Assembly: GCA_051362555.1 (NCBI GenBank)
Contig: CM120647.1
Span: 6,758,001-6,822,000, forward strand
Length of the DNA: 64,000 bases
Source: Lingula anatina
Lineage: Eukaryota > Animalia > Brachiopoda
Direction of reading: 5' to 3'
Shown: positions 59,060 through 64,000 of the stretch, piece by piece
Position numbering within the stretch: the stretch's first letter is position 1
Layout: each line of letters starts with the position of its first letter
Notes under the pieces: model-generated
Database searches by the model: none
What the model was told of the DNA's origin: nothing
What the model saw: the letters and a program-made list of their open reading frames with translations, nothing else
Program-made: the position numbers and the translations under genes

Positions 59060-59950
59060 TTTCTTGGGGGTAGGTTTTTAGAGTTCAATCTGGAATAGCA
59101 TTCCAGGCATCGGTCTAAAATTGTCCAATCTGGTCCAGTTTTGTTGTAGGACATGTAGGCAGTTGAATGGTGAGTAATGGTCTACCGAAATATTGTCTAT
59201 GTGGTTCAAATGTGTCGATTTTGATGACCAGGGTAGCTGCTCATTCCCTTGGTTCTGTAAGTTATCTGCTATTAAAAGTGCTCTGTGTGAACCTGCAACC
59301 TCATCGTGCAACCTAGAATTGTTCCTAAGGTGCCCCCTATCAAATGATAGTCAAGTGGTTCCGAGATTATTCCCTTATTTGATCTGGTTCAGGTTTTCGT
59401 CGATGACTACCATTGGTGTTTTGGCACCAATGTGGAATCTACTCCAAATACTGACGCTGTCAATCACCCTTGTCACTTTAGACCCCGCACATGCTTCGTC
59501 GTAGGCCTCTTCTGGATATCTGTAAACTCTGTTTTGACTAATTGGGCGGTACAGGTGAAATCTGACCGCAATAAAGAAAGACACGCAGTTTCAGTGTTCT
59601 ACCTAGAATCGTTTATGGCCCCCAATTCATTAGAGAAACAGACGACGATGTTTTGCTGTATACAGTGGGTACCTCGGAGGTCATTTGGTGTTCTTACCTG
59701 CTAAAACCAGTTTGTTGTTCGCTAAGGGCTTTGAAAAACGCATTTTAGTGGCAATATACCCCTCGTTCTGAACGGACTAAGTGTTTTTTGTTAGGTTGCA
59801 GCAGCGTATCCCGAAAGACAGAGCATCCTGTACCCTGTAGGTAAAATTCTGATACATTGAGGGTGACCTCTGTGTAGGTACATCAGTCTGGGCATTACTC
59901 TATAAAACTGTGGGGACCGTTCCGCTTGGCGCTATGATCTGTCTGGTTAT
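59060..59950 (-). pseudogene. Highly degenerate Tc1-family transposase
   Basis: Fragments PLYTAKHRRL, RFHLYR...RVYRYPEEAY, SVSIWSRFHIGAKTPMVVIDENLN, HDE...HRA, LQNQGNEQLPWSSKSTHLNHIDN (cf. WPSxSPDLNPIE), with many stops and frameshifts. Ends are approximate. Confidence 0.8.
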
Positions 59951-60790
59951 GTCTGTCTTTTTCGCGCAATTCTGCCTTAGATTAACAAATTTGTAGTGCA
60001 CTACTTGACTCATCTTACGCACTGCAAAACTGACCGCTTGCATGCAAAATTTCAAATTCTTCTATGCAGTAGTTGCCGAAATATGGATACTTTTTTGGCA
60101 GAACCAAGCTTTGCCTACGCCAAGCTTTGATCAGCCCAAAGGAACACTACCCAATTAAACCACTGCAAATTACATAATGTAGCAGCGCAACAGGCATGAA
60201 AGTCAGTTAATTGGTAGTGACACACCTGACTGCACACTTTTACATTCATAAATCTTATATGAGATCGGAGTATTTTGAAAAGAAAACGTATTTTTACCTA
60301 GGTATACCTTCGAAACTGAAATATTCCATATTAAATGTCAAGTCTGTATTTAACCCATTCCAAAGAAGCGAAATATTTAACGCTGAATGCATTCATGTTC
60401 CGTACATTGGTTGTCTTTATTAAAAACATGATTAATTCATATAAGAATTATGTACAAGTTATGTACAAAATTATGCATGAATTATGTAAAAACTATATAC
60501 AAAATCAAGTGGACGTTTTTATTTATAAGTACAGTTGTTTGCTCTGAAAGTGATGGCAGTGTTGGGAACGAAAGGCAGTGACATAAATAGAAAAAAATAA
60601 TAAATTCATCAATTAATCAATAACAATAATGAAATTTTAAAAAAATAGTCAATCGTAGCCTGTAGCAACAAAACGCCTTTTACTGATGTTCACGTGAGGT
60701 GCAAGGTTAAAGTCTGAATTAAAAAAAAAAAACAATCTCCAAAACAAAGCGTTTCTTTTCTGTTGTCCAGGCTATACTTCAAGTCCCAAT

Positions 60791-61662
60791 CTATGTTGGA
60801 TCCAAAATGACCTGTGAAGGAAGGCACGCTTTTGCGGGGCAGGTGGTCATCACGTGGTCATCGTCCTCCAGGACAGTGGGGTCAGACACATCTCCGTCCC
60901 TGCCGAGCGGCGTCTCGATGACCTGAGAAACAACGGCGCCAGAGGTGCACTCGCCTCTTTCAAGCATCTTCTGCGCGACATCTGGTGTTGAGCGTCCTTC
61001 AATCTTCATTGACGCCACCAACTGGTTCAGCTGCGAGATCTTGGCTTGCATGTCAGCCTTCTCCTTGTCTGATTGGTATTCTTTGAGTTCTGCGTCGTAT
61101 AGCTGGAATTGATACAGCCCTTTAATTTTTACGCAAACCATACGCACAAACAATAATAATAATAATAATAATAATGATAATAAATTTATACAAATATCTC
61201 CCAAAAGCTAGGCCAGAGTGAACTTACGATAACAGTCAACGTTACCAGAAACGCCGGTTTTCTTTTTTGTCATTATTTAAAAAGGGGGCATTTGCATGTG
61301 AAAGTTAAAGAAAAACCAGAATTCATTAGAACTCTACCTGTTGTCTCAACTCGAATTTTTCCTTCCTGGACAAAATGTTGTATTCTTGTTTTTCCAAAAA
61401 ATCGATCAAGCGTGCAGGACTGCGTTCTAAAATGACAAATAGTTTTATGAATATCGTTTGTAGAAAGAAAGAAAGATCACATATACAATGACAGAGAGGC
61501 AATGCTAAAATAAATGGAAATAGGAAAATGGAAAAACAGATATTGTTCTACATTTGCACCAAAACCACTTTTAGTTTAAATCACTTTCGGTAACGTGAAC
61601 GTATTTTATCCAAATTTTGCGTTGCGTTCAGTAAGGTAGGATAAAAAATAATTGCATATAAT

Positions 61663-61697
<35 letters not shown>

Positions 61698-62656
61698 AAA
61701 AGAAAAAGAAGAACAGCAACTTTCTTGCCCCGACCGGTTTCTTTCTTTCTTCAGGGGGTTTTGTTTATTTGTTACTAGGTGATGTCATAAAGGCTTAAAG
61801 GACCACCCTGAGGACCACCAAAGACAAAATTAAAAAGGAAGCCATACCGTACATATCAACATATAATCCAAAAAATCCGGAAGTACATAAGGTCATAACT
61901 GGAAACTTACCTTTGGTAAAACAAGATGACAAAATGAATGAGATACTAACCGAAATGCAGATTATAAAGAGTAAGAGACAAAGTCCATCACTAAAGCAAA
62001 TTTTATCAAAAGCAAAATTTGAAAACAATTCCAGGACATATGTGGAAACCTCAACAATACGAGTACAGAAATGTGAGGTACCCAGGTGTGGCACCTGTCC
62101 ACTAATTAGAGAGGGGAGCCATATAACATTTAAAAATGGACTTACATTCAGAATCAAACACCCATTCACCTGCACTAGCTCAAATTTAATCTATGTATTA
62201 ACTTGCAGTGGATGCGGTGAGAACTATATAGGACAAACTGGAGACACTCTCCGACATAGAATGACCGTTCACAGACAACAAATAAGACAACCTAAATATC
62301 AGTGCACGTCTGTGAGTGGGCACATTAGGGAATGCTCTATGAACAAAAACAAGGATTTTACGGTATTCCCATTTTATAAATTCACCAGGGAAACAACCCA
62401 AACCGAAAGGGAAATAAAAGAAAATCTATTCATTAATAAGTATAAACCTACATTGAATAGATAAAAGCATTGGTAAAAGTAACAATTAAACACTCATTGT
62501 TAAAGACGTCACATTTAAGCCTTTATGACATCACCTAGTAACAAATAAACAAAACCCCCTGAAGAAAGAAAGAAACCGGTCGGGGCAAGAAAGTTGCTGT
62601 TCTTCTTTTTCTTTTTATTATATATAATATTACTCGTACAGGAAAAACGTTTCCAT

Positions 62657-62715
<59 letters not shown>

Positions 62716-63818
62716 GAGCATTTTATTTCCTTGTACCATAGCAAAAGAGATAAAAAAACGAACATATTAAGTCCTCATCAATTTTCAGTTGGTATCAGTA
62801 TTTATTCCTTTTAAGATAAGGAAAAATAGTTACATCATTATCTTTTAATAGAGATCGATTCATCGTCAAATCCTGGTATCTGCTATAATAGATAGTTGAA
62901 TCCTACATCACACCTTACCTTTCATTTTCTGAAGAACGAGAGTTTGTTCTTTGGTGATTGCATTCAGTTCTTCCAAGACATTCTTCTGCAGCTGAGCTGT
63001 TTTCATAACGAGGCTCGCCATTTCATCCTGAATTCAATAAATAGAATAAATTGTTCATAAATAAACCGTTTCTTTTTTTAAAATGTTCAGTTATCTGTAC
63101 GGTGTTTGCAACAATCCAAGCAACGAACAATGTCTCTGGCTCTGAGGTTTGTATTACAACTCCCCTCTCCCCCTCCTTACTCAAAAACAAAAATTTGAAC
63201 ATGAATGAAAAATTACCTTTGTTTTGGTCAGCTTTAAATGCAGTTCTTCCACTTCCCTATCTCGTGATGCCAGGGCCAGTGTTAATTCATTCACCTTTCT
63301 CTTTAGATCTGCTTTTTCGCGGGCCTCCAGAATTTCGCTTTTATCTTTCGCAATGAGCACTTCATTTAAGGCAGCAATAGTCTCGTCTTGTTGGGCAATC
63401 CTCTCGCACTTTGCCTTCAAGTCAGTCTTAAGAATGTCTAAAAAGTAAAAAATTACTAGTGAAACATTGGTATTTTCCAAGTTAAACAACATGTTTACAA
63501 AAATCCCCAGCAGACAAATGACATTGATTCACCGTTGAATCAACGTTAATTTTGTTGGATCAACGTTGAATCAACGTAGAACCAATGTCGTTTGCCTGCT
63601 GGGATCGCTGCAGTTTTTGACATTTCTCTTTTTTCTAACGGCAGTAATGAAATGATTAGATTTTAGAAGAAAATTTAACAATGAATGCATACCGAGTTCA
63701 TCTTGCTGCTCTGAAATTTTCTGTAGGGCGGCCGACTTTTCTTCCTGCAGTGTTGCGATTTGCTGTTTTATAAGATTCAGAGTCTGCTCCTTTTCTACGC
63801 ACTTTTCCTCAATCATTG
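60791..63818 (-). CDS. 3' portion of an unidentified coiled-coil protein (gene begins beyond right edge); exons 63818-63693, 63437-63217, 63027-62919, 61426-61338, 61102-60791
   Basis: Five GT-AG exons with consistent phases (1,0,1,0) and heptad-rich E/K/Q/L sequence. The last exon could alternatively splice at CAG|gtcatt (~60812). Confidence 0.8.
61728..61758 (-). ncRNA. Minimal hammerhead ribozyme, inverted pLTR copy
   Basis: Exact reverse complement of 62555-62585. Confidence 0.7.
61799..62464 (+). CDS. PLE linker + GIY-YIG endonuclease (C-terminal part of the polyprotein; RT missing)
   Basis: Open from the truncation point: IPYISTYNP linker, Cys cluster CEVPRCGTC...C, LIYVLTCSGCGENYIGQT...LRHRMTVH...GH...REIKENLFINKYKPTLN*. 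No internal stops. Confidence 0.9.
   Translation, partial: RTTLRTTKDKIKKEAIPYISTYNPKNPEVHKVITGNLPLVKQDDKMNEILTEMQIIKSKRQSPSLKQILSKAKFENNSRTYVETSTIRVQKCEVPRCGTCPLIREGSHITFKNGLTFRIKHPFTCTSSNLIYVLTCSGCGENYIGQTGDTLRHRMTVHRQQIRQPKYQCTSVSGHIRECSMNKNKDFTVFPFYKFTRETTQTEREIKENLFINKYKPTLNR
62555..62585 (+). ncRNA. Minimal type-I hammerhead ribozyme in PLE pLTR
   Basis: CCCC-CUGAAGA-aagaaa-GAAA-CCGG-UC-GGGG: helix I CCCC/GGGG, palindromic ACCGGU helix III, predicted cleavage after GUC (62581), no paired helix II. Confidence 0.75.
63506..63603. mobile_element. 98-bp palindromic MITE (CCC-ended, possibly CMC/EnSpm-like)
   Basis: cccagcagacaaatgacattg / caatgtcgtttgcctgctggg, with internal cgttgaatcaacg palindromes. 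Confidence 0.75.
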
Positions 63819-64000
63819 CTATAAAAAAGTCACATTATAAATAGGTTGTTTTACAAATACATAGTATGTTTAAGGTTTATTTATCGAAGAGCCTGTTACA
63901 AAAACTATCAATATTCTTCAGAAAATTGCAAATTATACTTAACTGCATATTGGTCAAAATAATAGATTCTCAGAAAAAAAAAAAAAAAAACATTGGGTTA

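Larger units (their letters stand above)
61693..62628 (+). mobile_element. 5'-truncated Penelope-like retroelement (Neptune type) with inverted pLTR, inserted at a (TA)n tract inside an intron
   Basis: ~105-bp essentially perfect inverted repeats at 61693-61799 / 62514-62621 around a GIY-YIG ORF; (TA)n at 61665-61694 and 62662-62708. Confidence 0.93.

Noticed and set aside
61913-62464. Stand-alone or domesticated GIY-YIG nuclease gene
   Set aside because: The frame is open back to the inversion junction, includes the PLE linker, has no ATG at the junction, and lies between pLTRs; this fits an ordinary 5'-truncated PLE.

Overview
AT-rich, intron-containing eukaryotic DNA from an invertebrate animal; the taxon cannot be fixed from sequence alone. 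Seven spliced genes were assembled by hand from GT-AG junctions and codon phase. (1) 5' part of an unidentified gene (-, runs off the left edge). (2) An 11-exon coiled-coil protein resembling the yeast Bfr1 / plant proton-pump-interactor family (-). (3) RAD21 cohesin kleisin (+), head-to-head with gene 2. (4) An ankyrin-repeat protein (-). (5) STT3A oligosaccharyltransferase (+), head-to-head with gene 4. (6) A PH-domain protein with a long S/P/R-rich tail (-). (7) 3' part of a coiled-coil gene (-, runs off the right edge). Introns and intergenic DNA hold many palindromic MITEs (some nested), mariner and Tc1 fossils, an LTR end with a tRNA-Lys PBS, and two 5'-truncated Penelope-like retroelements with inverted pLTRs carrying minimal hammerhead ribozymes. 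Most notable: a 564-nt in-frame candidate cassette exon inside RAD21; six separate tandem duplications straddling splice junctions; the two hammerhead-bearing Penelope fragments; and an animal Bfr1-like gene. All gene models lack transcript support here, and family calls come from motif recognition, not database searches.
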